Under the pieces are notes generated by a model that made no database searches, was not told the origin of the DNA, and saw nothing but the letters and a program-made list of their open reading frames with translations. Shown one piece after another: positions 23,875 through 37,111 of a stretch of 64,000 bases of DNA. Each line of letters opens with the position of its first letter. Position 1 is the stretch's first letter. Source of the DNA: Heptranchias perlo. Lineage: Eukaryota. Both the position numbers and the translations under genes were made by a program. The stretch covers positions 182,714,001 through 182,778,000 of the forward strand of contig NC_090325.1 in assembly GCF_035084215.1 (NCBI RefSeq). The letters run 5' to 3'.

Positions 23875-24970
23875 TTAACCCACACCTTTGGTTGAGGAGT
23901 CAGTGACGAGGGGTCATCAATTTAAAATTGTCAACAATGAGGAGAAGGGTTAAGAGAAATTTCTTCATGCAAAGAATTGTTAGAGCATGCAATGCTCTAC
24001 CACAGGGCATAGTTGATGCAGACATCATTGTTTCTTTGAAATGAAAAGTGGATAAATCTTTGAAGCAGAGGGAAATAGAGCTCCGGGGAGAGAGTGGGAT
24101 TAATTTTAGATTGCTCTAGGAAAAGGTCACCACAGACATGATGAACCAAATGGCCTCCTTCTGTGATATCATAACTTCTATTGTTCTAAGAATTTGATAT
24201 CTTGTCCATAGAACCATGAAGAATTTCAGAGCACAGAACGGTGTCTGTGCTGGCTGTCTGAAATACTATCCACTTAAGTCCCATTCTCCTGCCTTTTCCC
24301 ATACCCTTTAAATGTTTTTCTTTTTCCACTTCCCTTTTAAAAGCTATTATGGATTCAGCTTCCATCACTGTTTCTGGTGGGGCATACCATGTCCTAACAA
24401 CTCTCTGTTTAAATAAAATCTAACTTATACCATTGTTCTTTTGGTGATCATCTTGAGTATATTCTCCCATAGTTAGGGAGTCACTATCCAACGTTTCCTG
24501 ATTTACCTTGTTAAAACCTCACAATTTTGAATACCTCTATCAGATCTTCTCTTAACCTTCTTTATTCTGCTGAAATTTCTTTTGTCTTTCCTCATAGCTA
24601 AAGCCTCTCTGCTTATCGTCTTAGTGCATCTCTTCTGTACCCTCTTTGTGGCTTCCTAAAATAAGGTGCTGAAAACTGGACACAATATTCTAACTACGAT
24701 CTAATAAACGATTTGTATAGGTTCAGCATTACCTCTTTTGCCTTTTGCACTCTGTGTCCCTATTTATAAATCTTAGGATCCCAGATGCTTTTTTACCAGC
24801 TTTATCAATGTGTCTTCCCATTTTTAGTGGTTTATATATCTGAATCCCTAGTTTTCTTTGCTTCTCTACTCTTTAAAGTTTCACCCATGTGGTGTACATA
24901 TTCTCTCATTCTTACTTCGAAATGTATCCCCCTACATTTAGCATTTTTGTGCTGAATTCTTTAGCCATTT
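23875..24970. mobile_element. Two older CR1-type fragments in tail-to-tail orientation (plus about 23875-24185; minus about 24210-24970)
   Basis: Degenerate TRGH/RNFF segment and tail on plus; MMEAESIIAFKRE on minus. Confidence 0.7.
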
Positions 24971-25089
24971 TCCCCCAAAAAAGACATTGAAATAAGCTAT
25001 TTTAAAGTGTTTTGGCTGAGAGGGAGTAGTTTCTCCAAACAACCCCATGGTGGGTTGGCCATTCGTAGGCAAATGAGAGGTGATTTAAA

Positions 25090-27878
25090 AACAGCCTGAC
25101 ACAACCATACTCACGAAATCATAGCGCTCAGCCAACGTCCCAGACTCTTCCATTACCGTCCCTGGGTATGTCCTGTCCCACCGGCAGGACAGACCCACCA
25201 GAGATGGCAGTACAGTCATACACAGTCAGGAGGGAGTGGCCCTGGGAGTCCTCAACATTGACTCCGGACCCCATGAAATCTCATGGCATCAGGTCAAACA
25301 TGGGCAACGAAACCTCCTGCTGATTGCCATCTACCAACCTCCCTCAGCTGATGAATCTGTCCTCCTCCATATTGAGCACCACTTGGAGGAAGCACTGAAG
25401 GTAGTAAGGGCACAGAATGTACTCTGGGTGGGGGACTTCAATGTCCATCACCAAGAGTGACTTGGTAGCACCACTGCTGGCCGAGTCCTGAAGGACATTG
25501 CTGCCAGACTGGGCCTGCGGCAGGTGGTGAGCGAACCAACACGAGGGAAAAACCTACTTGACCTCGTCCTCACCAATCTACCTGTCGCAGATGCGTCTGT
25601 CCAGGAGAGTATTGGTAGGAGTGACCACCGCACAGTCCTAGTGGAGACAAAGTCCCGTCTTCGCACTGAGGACACCATCCAACGTGTTGTGTGGCACTAC
25701 CACTGTGCTAAATGGGATAGATCCAGAACAGATCCAGCAGCTCAAAACTGGGCATCCATGAGGCGCTGTGGGCCATCAGCAGCAGCACAATTGTATTCCA
25801 GAACAATCTGTAATCTCACGGCCTGGCATATTCCTCACTCTACCATTACCAACAAGCCAGGGGATCAACCCTGGTTCAATGAGGAGTGTAGAAGAGCATG
25901 CCAGGAGCTGCACCAGGCGTACCTAAAAATGAGGTGCCAACCTGGTGAAGCTACAACACAGGACTACATGCATGCTAAACAGCGGAAGCAGCATGCTAAA
26001 CAGCGGAAGCAACATGCTATAGACAGAGCTAAGCGATTCCACAACCAACAGATCAGATCAAAGCTCTGCAGTCCTGCCACATCCAGTCATGAATGGTGGT
26101 GGACAATTAAACAACTAACAGGAGGAGGAGGCTCTGTGAACATCCCCATCCTCAATGATGGCAGAGTCCAGCACTTGAATGCAAAAGACAAGGCTGAAGC
26201 GTTTGCAACCATCTTCAACCAGAAGTGCCGAGTGGATGATCCATCTCAGCCTCCTCCCGATATCCCCGCCATCACAGAAGCCAGTCTTCAGCCAATTCGA
26301 TTCACTCCACATGATATCAAGAAACGGCTGAGCGCACTGGATACAACAAAGGCTATGGGCCCCGACAACGTCCCGGCTGTAGTGCTGAAGACTTGTGCTC
26401 CAGAACTAGCCACACCTCTAGCCAAGCTGTTCCAGTACAGCTACAACACTGGCATCTACCCGACAATGTGGAAAATTGCCCAGGTATGTCCTGTCCACAA
26501 AAAGCAGGACAAATCCAATCCGGCCAATTACTGCCCCTTGAGTCTACTCTCAATCATCAGCAAAGTGATGGAAGGTGTCGTCGACAGTGCTATCAAGCGG
26601 CACTTACCAATAACCTGCTCACCGATGTTCAGTTTGGGTTCCACCAGGACCACTCAGCTCCAGACCTCATTACAGCCTTGGTCCAAACATGGAAAAAGAG
26701 CTGAATTCCAGAGGTGAGGTGAGAGTGACTGCCCTTGACATCAAGGCAACATTTGACCGAGTGTGGCACCAAGGAGCCCTAGTAAAATTGAAGTCAATGG
26801 GAATCGGGAAAAACTCTCCAGTGGCTGAAGTCGTACCTTGCACAAAGGAAAATGGTAATCGTTGCTGGAGGCCAATCACCTCAGCCCCAGGAAATTGCTG
26901 CAGAAGTTCCTCAGGGCAGTGTCCTAGGCCCAACCATCTTCAGCAATGACCTTCCCTCCATCATAAGGTCAGAAATGGGGATGTTTGCTGATGATTGCAC
27001 GGTGTTCAGTTCCATTCGCAGATAATGAAGCAGTCCGTACCTGCATGCAGCAAGACCTGGACAACATCCAGACTTGGGCTAGAAGTGGTAAGTAACATTT
27101 GTGCCAGACAAGTGTCAGGCAATGACCATCTCCAACAAGAGAGAGTCTAACCACCTCCCCTTGACATTCAACAGCATTACCATCACCGAATCCCCCACCA
27201 TCAACATCCTGGGGGTCACCATTGACCAGAAACTTAACTGGACCAGCCACATAAATACTGTGGCTACAAGAGCAGGTCAGAGGCTGGGTATTCTGCGGCG
27301 AGTGACTCACCTCCTGACTCTACAAAGCCTTTCCATCATCTACAAGGCACAAGTCAGGAGTGTGATGGAATATTCTGCACTTGTCTGGATGAGTGCAGCT
27401 CCAACAACACTCAAGCAGCTCGACACCATCCCGGACAAAGCAGCCCACTTGATTGGCACCCCATCCACCACCCTAAACAATCATTCCCTTCACCACCGGC
27501 GCACCGTGGCTGCAGTGTGTACCATCTACAGGATGCACTGCAGCAACTCGCCAAGGCTTCTTCGACAGCACCTCCCAAGCCCGCAACCTCTACCACCTGG
27601 AAGGACAAGGGCAGCAGACGCATGGGAACAACACCACCTGCACGTTCCCCTCCAAGTCACACACCATCCCAACTTGGAAATATATCGCCGTTCCTTCATC
27701 GTCGCTGGGTCAAAATTCTGAACTCCCTACCTAACAGCACTGTGGGAGAACCTTCACCACACGAACTGCAGCAGTTCAAGATGGCGCCTCACCACCACCT
27801 TTTCAAGGGCAATTAGGGATGGGCAATAAATGCTTGCCTTGCCAGCGAAGCCCACATCCCATGAACAAATTAAAAAAA
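25090..27878 (+). mobile_element. Near full-length APE-RT LINE (CR1/L2 group, exact clade uncertain), copy 1, disrupted
   Basis: APE motifs WVGDFNVHH, LLDLVLTN, GRSDH; RT motifs KAMGPD, ALDIKATFDRVWH, MFADD; 3' end gggcaataaatg...cccacatcccatgaac plus an A-run. In-frame 21-nt duplication (HAKQRKQ twice). Confidence 0.93.
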
Positions 27879-30239
27879 GGATGGGCGGCTGTTTGCACAT
27901 ATCCCAAACAATGACCAATTTGTTAGCAATGTCTAGTCATTCAGGAAGAGGAGCACTTTGTTGACAAACTCTCTTGAGCTCTGTGGGTCAGAGGAGAAAG
28001 ACTTTTTACAATTAGGATATAGACACCAGAAAGTCCGTACAGCATCAGGATGGTTGCAAAGAGAGTAATGCAGCAGAAAGTCTTGTGAGGGAGAAGTAAT
28101 TACTGCACTGTTGACAGGACAGATGGCAGAGCAAATCTATCTTTCTACATTAAGTAAGAATCCCCCAAGTGGGCTAGTGTACGTGTGTTCTTTACTTTTG
28201 GACATAAGCTGAACTGATTGTACCAAGTGACTTTCACCATACTTGATGTTCTGTATGTTGTATCTGCTGTGGAATAAAACTGCTTGTGAAGAGAACCAAA
28301 CAATGTTTCGCCTAGTGTTAACTCAGTCCGCTTCAGAGAGATTAAAGGAGTACACGTGCTTAAGACATGGAGATCCAAACTAGATCACAAGGAGTTTCAT
28401 TATTTCACTCCCAGGTTCCTTAAGCCAGCAGCTACAAGGCAGTGGGAGTCAACTTTTTTTTTAAAAAGCAGGCAATCGAATTGCTTAAGGAAGTGACTGA
28501 TACCACTGAACCTCAGTATATATCTGTTTTGAACCCAAATTTATAGCACTGCCCAATCTATTAATTTGTCTGTGAAAGGAAGGAAAGGAAAGACCTTCCA
28601 TTTATATAGCACTTTCAAGACCTCAGAACTGCAAATGTTGGAAATCTGAAATAAATACATGACACTGCAAATACACCACAGATCCATTAGCACCTGTAAG
28701 GAAAAACGAAGAACATTTCAGGAGTATATCCTTCAGAACTCGAAGAAGAACTGTACAACATGAAACATTAACCTGTCTTTTCTCCTAACTGATGCCAACA
28801 GACCTGCTGTGTATTTCAAGCATTTTCTTTATTGTTGTAAAATTTATAAGTTTTCTTTCTAACATGGGTCTTTTGCACCTTTTAAGGGTGCCACACTAGA
28901 AAGAAGGGCTCAAAGGTATTGTACCTTCAAAGAACTTTATATCCATAAAGCAAAAGAAGTGGTTACTTTGAGCCAATCAAATATCCAATTGATTAAATGG
29001 GAATGAACTAAAGGTAGCAGAAAAGTACAAATGAGGAATAACTAATCAGGGGAAAACTGACAATCAAATTTCGATTTTTTTTTTCAAAGCTGCAATTCAG
29101 GAAAAATTACCACAAAATCAATGTATTAAATCACTCTTTTTTTACATTTGTTTTTCGTTCTCATTTTCCTTACTCTGGAAAGTTTGTGCAGCTAGGGATA
29201 TCTATAACAAAATAAGTGCTTGGAAATGTTAGAAATGCATGCAATAAATTTTGCCCATATAAACCTACCCTTCTGTCTGGAGCCTATGGCTTGAATTAGA
29301 AAGTTCACCTGCTGTGGTAATTCTGTGTATGAAATAGAATGATGCATCTCAGAAGTTTTCAACCTGCTCCAGTGAAACTACAATACCAAAAGTGTACTGT
29401 GACAACCAGGCAGAACAGTAATAAACTGTGATACATGAATGGCAAAAAAAAATATTGAAGATAAAAAGATTCTATTTTTTTCCCCTTGTTTTGTACAATT
29501 TAACCTGCTGAACAAAAATTCTGAGCTAATTCTGAGGGTGAGCTTTTTTGTGTTGCTAGGAGGTACAACCCAAGGTGGGAAGTAGAGTATAAAAATAAAC
29601 ACTTTTTTTATAAAATGTGAATAACTGGGAATAAGGTTCTGGAGAGGAAACCAGTTACTTGCATCTTAAGTTTAATAAAGTGTTGAGTAAATACCATTAC
29701 AAATATATCTGTGAGGCCTGTATCTTTTACTAACAGTAAAGTGTTTACTATTTTTGTTTGGAGTCAGTCATGTGGCTGTGCTGTATTACCATGATGAGTG
29801 AACAGCTGTAGCAGTTAGATTGCAGCAGAACACTAGTAAACAACCGTAAATGCATTTTGGCTCCCGGAATACCAATAAGCAATAGGAAGATCTGCTAAGT
29901 TTTACTAATAGATATTATTGAATGCACTGTTTTGCTGATTTTGAAAGAACTCTGAATTTAACATCTTCAAGGCAAAGTAAGCTGTTTTGATGGGTAGTGT
30001 GACAATAGTTTATAGTAGCTGTTTTTGAATACATAGAACCATTTCCATGCTGGTGATGAAACATTTATTTATCACATAGTAAACTTTGTGATTTAAAAAT
30101 AGAACTCCCTTTTCCACCTAAATAAGTTCTTATAGTTGTCCCTTCAGCTTTGAATTTGAATATAGTGAGCACAAAAGTGTTACTTGCCCTGGTAGCTGTT
30201 TAGTCTTTTGTTTTCTTCCTTAGGCATCTGTCATCTGGA

Positions 30240-30376
30240 ATGGAACAGCATCCAGAGCAATTACTTGGAACAAGATTTGATGAGGTTTCACTGATTGAAG
30301 GAGTAAGCAACCAGGTTCTTCTGACAGTAGCTATCACCATTACAATGTTGGGTGGTTTGGCAACATTCCTGTATAG
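30240..30376 (+). CDS. RNF170: E3 ubiquitin ligase RNF170, first coding exon (MEQHPEQLLGTRFDEVSLIEGVSNQVLLTVAITITMLGGLATFLYR, includes TM1)
   Basis: Acceptor ttttcttccttag ends at 30223; ATG at 30240; AG|GTGAGA donor; 137 coding nt. Matches human [20 protein letters not shown]. Confidence 0.92.
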
Positions 30377-31039
30377 GTGAGATAATATACTTCTAAAACA
30401 ATTTAATTTTAGAGTTTGTTGGACATAATTTTATTCTATTTTTAAATTGCTACCCATCATTCATACCGTATTTTAGCGACATTAAGCCACACTTGCAATA
30501 CACTGTATATTATTAAGCTGCCAGGAACCATTACTTATTCTAGTGTCATGGGATATTGCTATCACTCAAAGAATAGAAACGAGTTAAGCAAGTTTCTTTT
30601 ACAACAACTTGCATTTAAATAGTATCTTTAGCTTAGCAAAACTTCCCAAGGGCTTCACAAGGGTAAATGGGAGAAGCCGAGGCATTAGAGTAAAATTTTA
30701 ATGAATGCATTAAAAGACCGCTCAATGGATAAATTTAATATTGCTATTAAGAAATATATATTTTGAATTTATTTATTTTGTTTAAATCCTCATTTGGAAA
30801 GTTTTTTCACTGAGAAAAATGGCAGTTGAAAAATGTTCGGCTAGCATTTTCAGCAATTGTAGAGAAAAATCCATGAGGTGACCAGATTGTGTAATTACAG
30901 GGTGACAAGTTTACATGTGCAGTTTGCATCATAAATATGAACATAGGAATTGATAATGGAGAAAAAGTTGATACAAAAGCTGTTTCATTGCAGAAAAGGG
31001 TTTCGCTGATTGGTTGCGGTAGCCATATTTTAAGAAAGA

Positions 31040-31930
31040 TCTTGCCTTTATATAGTGCCTTTCACAGCCTCAAGATGACCCATTGCACTTTATAGCCAAT
31101 GATATACTTCTGAGGTTCACTGTTTTGTAGGCTAAGACAGCAATCAATATGTGTATAGCCAGGTCCTACAAACTGCAATGAGGCTAATGGCCAGTTAATC
31201 TGTTTTTGGTGGTGCTGGTTGAGGTCTGCATGTTAGCCAGGACACCCTTCTATGAATTGTGACATGGGATCTTTTGCGTCCAACTGCATAGGAGAATGAG
31301 GCCTCTTTTGGCTGAAATATTATAAAATATCTCCATATTATAAAAAGGTTATAAAGGCATTGGAGAAGGTGCAAAAAAGATTCACAAGGATGATACCAGA
31401 ACTGAGAGGATATACTTAATAGGAAAGGCTGAACAGGCTGTGGCTGTTTTCTCTAGAAAGGAGAAGGCTAAGGGGTGACCTGATAGAGGTCTTCAAGATA
31501 ATGTTTCCATTTTTGGGGGAGTCCAAAACTAGAGGTCATAAATATAAAAGTTGCTAATAAACCCAATAGGACATTCAGGAGAAACTTCTTTACCCAAAGA
31601 GTGGTAAGAATGTGGAACCCGCTACCACAAGGATAGTTGAGGCAAATAGCATTAATGCATTTAAAGGGAAGCTAGCTAAGCACATGAGAGAGAGAAAGGA
31701 ATAGAAGGGCATGCTGATAGGGTTAGACGAAGTAGGGAGGGAGGAGGCTCGCGTGGAGCATTAATGCCGGCATAGACCAGTTCAGTCGAGTGGCTTTTTT
31801 CTGTGCTGTAGATGACACCTCCAATAATGCAGCTGTCCCTCAGTACTGCACTGACGTGTCAGCTTAATTTACGTGTAGTGGGGCCTTAACCCATTACCTT
31901 CTGACTCAAGTAAGAATGCTACCACTTAAA
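31040..31930. mobile_element. Deu-domain SINE (minus) split by a CR1 3' fragment (plus, about 31340-31812)
   Basis: SINE tail and body at 31040-31305, SINE head at 31815-31930 (ccctcagtactgcactg...ttctgactc); the CR1 piece is nearly identical to 44060-44555. Confidence 0.75.
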
Positions 31931-32160
31931 GAAATTAGCACCAGTAAAGTGCAGCAGTGGAAAAAATATTGATCTTTGAACAATGAAAGTAATGGGGTGG
32001 CAAAAGAAATATTTTTAAACTGAGGTGAAAATACTGATTATTTTTTAAATGAGGTGTTGAAAATGCAGAATAAAAGGACTGCAGTGGAGAAAATGTAATT
32101 TCTTCAGCTGGGGGAAATAATGATTTTAAATGTTGATGCGCAGCTAGTCTATATATATAT

Positions 32161-35100
32161 AGGGAAGGAAATCTGCTGTCCTTACCCGGTCTGGCCTACA
32201 TGTGACTCCAGACCCACAGCAATGTGGTTGATTCTTAATTGCCCTCTGAAATGGCCTAGCAAGCCACTCAGTTGTAAAATCTCGCTTAACAAAAGTCATA
32301 ATCAAAATTAAACCGGACGGACCACCCAGCATCGGACCACTAGGCACCGGACACGACAAAGGCAAACCAAGCCCAGTCAACCCTGCAAAGTCCTCCTCAT
32401 GAACACCTGGGGACTTGTGCCAAAACTGGGAGAGCTGTCCCACAGACTAGTCAAGCAACAGCCTGACATAGCCATACTTACAGAATCATACCTCTCAGCC
32501 AACGTCCCAGACTCTTCCATCACCATCACTGGGTATGTCCTGTCCCACTGGCAGGACATACCCACCAGAGGTGGCGATATAGTGATATACAGTCAGGAGG
32601 GAGTGGCCCTGGGAGTCCTGAACATTGGCTCCGGACCCCATGAAATCTCATGGCGTCAGGTCAAACGTGGGCAAGGAAACCCCCTGCTGATTACCACCTA
32701 CCACCCTCCCTCAGCTGATGAATCAGTCCTCCTCCATGTTGAGCACCACTTGGAGGAAACACTGAGGGTAGCAAGGGCACAGAATGTACTCTGGGTGGGG
32801 GACTTCAATGTCCATCACCAAGAGTGGCTCGATAGCACCACTACTGACCGAGCTGGCTGAGTCCTGAAGGACATAGCTGCCAGACTGGGCCTGCGGCAGG
32901 TGGTGAGCGAACCAACATGAGGGAAAAACCTACTTGACCTCGTCCTCACCAATCTACCAGTATTGGTAGGAGTGACCACCGCACAGTCCTCGTGGAGTTG
33001 AAGTCCTGTCTTTGCACTGAGGACACCATCCAACGTGTTGTGTGGCATTACCACCGTGCTAAATGGGATAGATTCAGAACAGATCTAGCAGCTCAAAACT
33101 GGGCATCCATGAGATGCTGTGGGCCATTAGCAGCAGCACAATTGTATTCCAGCACAATCTGTAACCTCATGGCCTGGCATATTCCTCATTCTACCATTAC
33201 CAACAAGCCAGGGGATCAACCCTGGTTCAATGAGGAGTGTAGAAGAGCATGCCAGGAGCAGCACCAGGTGTACCTAAAAATGAGGTGCCAACCTGGTGAA
33301 GCTACAACTCAGGACTACATGCATGCTAAACAGCGGAAGCATCATGCTATAGACTGAGCTAAGCGAATCCACAACCAACGGATCAGATCAAAGCTCTGCG
33401 GTCCTGCCACATCCAGTCGTGAATGGTGGTGGACAATAAAACAACTAACAGGAGGAGGAGTGTCTGTAAACATCCTCATCCTCAATGATGGCAGAGTCCA
33501 GCATGTGAATGCAAAAGACGAAGCTGAAGTGTTTGCAACCATCTTCAGCCGGAAATGCCGAGTGGATGATCCATCTCGGCTTCCTCCCGATATCCCCACC
33601 ATCACAGAAGCCAGTTTTCAGCCAATTTGTTTCACTCCACGCGATATCAAGGAACGGCTGAGTGCACTGGATACAGCAAAGGCTATGGGCCCCGACAACA
33701 CCCCGGCTGTAGTGCTGAAGACTTTTGCTCCAGAACTAGCTGCGCCTCTAGCCAAGCTATTCCAGTACAGCTACAACACTGGCATCTACCCGACAATGTG
33801 GAAAATTGCCCAGGTATGTCCTGTCCACAAAAAGCAGGACAAATTCAATCCAGCCAATTACCGCCCCATCAGTCTACTCTCAATCATCAGCAAAGTGATG
33901 GAGGGTGTCGTCGACAGTGCTATCAAGCAGCACTTACTCACCAATAACCTGCTCACCGATGCTCAGTTTGGGTTCCACCAGGACCACTCGGCTCCAGACC
34001 TCATTACAGCCTTGGTCCAAACATGGAAAAAGAGCTGAATTCCAGAGGTGAGATGAGAGTGACTGCCCTTGACATTAAGGCAGCATTTGACCGAGTGTGG
34101 CACCAAGGAGCCCTAGTAAAATTGAAATCAATGGGAATCGGGGAAAACTCACTAGTGGCTGGAGTCATACCTAGCACAAAGGAAGATGGTAGTGGTTGTT
34201 GGAGGCCAATCATCTCAGCCCCAGGACATTGCTGCAGGAGTTCCTCAGGGCAGTGTCCTAGGCCTAACCATCCTCAGCTGCATCATCAATGACCTTCCCT
34301 CCATCATAAGGTCAGAAATGGGGATGTTCGCTGATGATTACACAGTGTTGAGTTCCATTCGCAACCCCTCAAATAATGAAGCAGTCCGAGCCCGCATGCA
34401 GCAAGACCTGGACAACATCCAGGCTTGGGCTGATAAGTGGCAAGTAACATTCGCGCCGGACAAGTGCCAGGCAATGACCATCTCCAACAAGAGAGAGTCC
34501 AACCACCTCCCCTTGACATTCAACGGCATTACCATCGCCGAATCCCCCACCATCAACTTCCTGGGGGTCACCATTGATCAGAAACTTAACTGGAGCAGCC
34601 ACATAAATACTGTGACTACAAGAGCAGGTCAGAGGCTGGGTATTCTGCGGCGAATGATCCACCCCCTGACTCCCCAAAGCCTTTCCACCATCTACAAGGC
34701 ACAAGTCAGGAGTGTGTTGGAATACTCTCCACTTGCCTGGATGAGTGCAGCTCCAACAACACTCAAGAAGCTCGATATCATTCAGGACAAAGCAGCCCGC
34801 TTGATTGGCACCCCATCCACCACCCTAAACATTCACTCCCTTCACCACCGGCGCACTGTGGGTGCAGTGTGTACCATCCACAGGATGCACTGCAGCAACT
34901 CGCCAAGGCTTCTTCGACAGCACCTCCCAAACCCGTGATCTCTACCACCTAGAAGGACAAGCGCAGCAGGCACATGGGAACAACACCACCTGCACATTCC
35001 CCCTCCAAGTCACACATCATCCCGACTTGGAAATATATCGCCGTTCCTTCATCGTCGCTGGGTCAAAATCCTGGAACTCCCTTCCTAACAGCACTGTGGG

Positions 35101-35225
35101 AGAACCTTCACCACACGGACTGCAGCGGTTCAAGAAGGCGGCTCACCACCACCTTCTCAAGGGCAATTAGACGATGGGCAATAAATGCTGGCCTCGCCTG
35201 CGACGCCCACATCCCATGAACGAAT
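32161..35225 (+). mobile_element. Near full-length APE-RT LINE, copy 2, including 5' UTR
   Basis: Same family as 25090-27878: NTWGLVPKLGEL...PDIAILTESYL APE start, GVPQGSVLG, MFADD, same 3' end; stops and frameshifts present. Confidence 0.94.
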
Positions 35226-35235
35226 TTTTTTTAAA

Positions 35236-35515
35236 ACTAGCAATTCAGAGGTCATGAATCCAAATCCTACCATGGCATGTTGTGAAATTGAACTCAATAA
35301 ATCTGGTAATTTGTGGACTAGCACCATCGAACAATGACCATGAAAGATCCTGGATGGTCATTAAAAACTGGTTCACTAATGTCTTCCCTGCCACCCTTAC
35401 TCGGTCTGGCTTACATGTTACACTGGTCCCACACTGCATTGTTGACTCTTAATTTCCACAGGACAATGGGAATAAATGCAATCTTGGCAGCTTTTCCCAT
35501 CTCACAAGAACAAAA
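35236..35515 (+). mobile_element. tRNA-headed SINE carrying a body like the LINE 5' UTR and a tail like the LINE 3' end
   Basis: B-box-like gaatccaaatcc; body ccttactcggtctggcttacatg...gttgactcttaat; tail tgggaataaatgc...cccatctcac. A related head and body occur at about 57536-57737. Confidence 0.65.
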
Positions 35516-35694
35516 TTTTTTTTTAAAAAGTGACCATTAAAAAAATTATTCAGAGCAAGGCCTGCGTTGGATTAAGCACAGCTGAAACAAATGCAATTAA
35601 AAACATTATTTTCAGTACAAAAAGAAACAGCAGGGTATAAATCAGAAAAATGAACAGGAGCGAAATGGTGCAAATCAGGCATATATATAGAAAT

Positions 35695-36115
35695 TCATAG
35701 AAGTTACAACACAAAAATAGGCCATTCGGCCCAACCAATCCATATTGGAATTTACCCTCCATGCGAGCAAATAGTCCTAATCTTATTTATCTGTCTTGTT
35801 CCCATATCCCTTCATTCCTTTTCCTTCATCCACCTATCCAAACTAATCTTGAATGTTGGTATAGTTTCTGCCTCAACCATTGACCCTGGGTGTGAATTCC
35901 ACAACATTACAAACTCTGTGTAAAGAAGTTTCTCTTCTCTCTGTTCCAAATCTCTTGCATTTAATTTTGTGTCTATGGCTCCTTGTTGTAGATCCCTTAA
36001 CTACTGGAAACAGTCTGCTGCTATCTACCTAGTCCCATCTTTACTTAATTTTAAACACTTGTATCATGTCTATCTGTGTTGTCTTAACAAAAAACAGCTT
36101 CAATTTTTCAGGTCT
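35695..36115 (-). mobile_element. Old CR1-type 3' fragment
   Basis: catagaagttacaacac...ggccattcggccc tail and a degenerate aagaagtttctc segment. Confidence 0.7.
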
Positions 36116-36976
36116 TCATAGTTGAAATTATTTATAATAAAATGGGTAGCCGCAAAAGAAACTGGGATGGATGGAAACCAGAAAAGAAATTTTAAAATTT
36201 ATTTTTGAAAAAATGTAATATGCAGCAGGCTGGACAAGAATACCAGTGCAAATGGTACAGAAAGTGTGTAAAAAGGTGAGAAATTAGAGTGGATGGCCTC
36301 AGAGGCAAAGAAAGTGGGACAGAAATGGAAGAACATTTTTTAAAATTACTTTAAAACATGTATCATTTCAATATGGAGGGGTTTGAATGAGCATGGAAGA
36401 GGTGCAAATGGAGTATAAAGCAGATGGGCATGCTAGAAGTGATTCAAAGTAAAACAATTGGTGGGTTAGGAAAAAGATGTATCAAAAATCAATATTAAAG
36501 TATGTATTAATTTGTCAATTGCATCCTATTTGGGGATGTTAACTCAATGGACAAAGAGGAACAAACTGGCTTAAGCTGGTAAAATCGCAGACAGATGCTG
36601 TAAAGGGAAGCAAAGTGACTGTGTTGGATGGGAACCAGGACTGAAGTTTGATAAGTAAATAAATTAAAATTTTTCATTGTTTTTGAAGAAGCAACCTGGA
36701 TGTAAATGAGACGGCCAATAAAAATAGACAGCATGGCAAGCGGGCTTGAGCACAAGCGAGGCATTCGCTCTGAACGGAAACTCAAAGGATGGGCTGGACT
36801 GGAACCAGGATAGAATTTTTTTTTTAATTAAGTATTTTTATATATTTATGAAATCTTTTAAAAAGCATGACATGGATGTCAATGGAGATGTTGAAATAAA
36901 GTTAGATATTTCTCCTCCGGCTCCTATAACCTCCTGAATGACCAGTTCTGGTAGTTCCTCAACAGTCGCTAACGCC

Positions 36977-37111
36977 AAAACAAAAGCAAAATACAGCAGA
37001 TGCTGGAAATCTGAAATAAAAACAGAAAATGCTGGGAATACTCGAAGTCAGGCAGCATCTGTGGAAAGAGAAACAGAGTTAACGTTTCAGGTCGATGACT
37101 TTTCATCAGAA
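36977..37111 (-). mobile_element. Solo terminus of a second Penelope-like family with a hammerhead motif
   Basis: Minus strand CTGATGA-AAAGTC-atc-GACCT-GAAAC-GTTAAC followed by ...cagatgctgcctgac...cagcattttctgtttttatttcagatttccagcatctgc. Related pieces at about 17955-18135, 28625-28835, 59190-59300 and 63835-63880. Confidence 0.6.

Noticed and set aside
25524-26717. 397-aa ORF as an intact or domesticated gene
   Set aside because: It is part of a LINE ORF broken by stops and frameshifts on both sides, with a near-identical second copy.
34021-34038. Programmed -1 ribosomal frameshift at G AAA AAG in the LINE
   Set aside because: The heptamer is not a canonical X XXY YYZ, it falls in the middle of the RT, and a second compensating shift would also be needed. 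Mutation or sequencing error is simpler.
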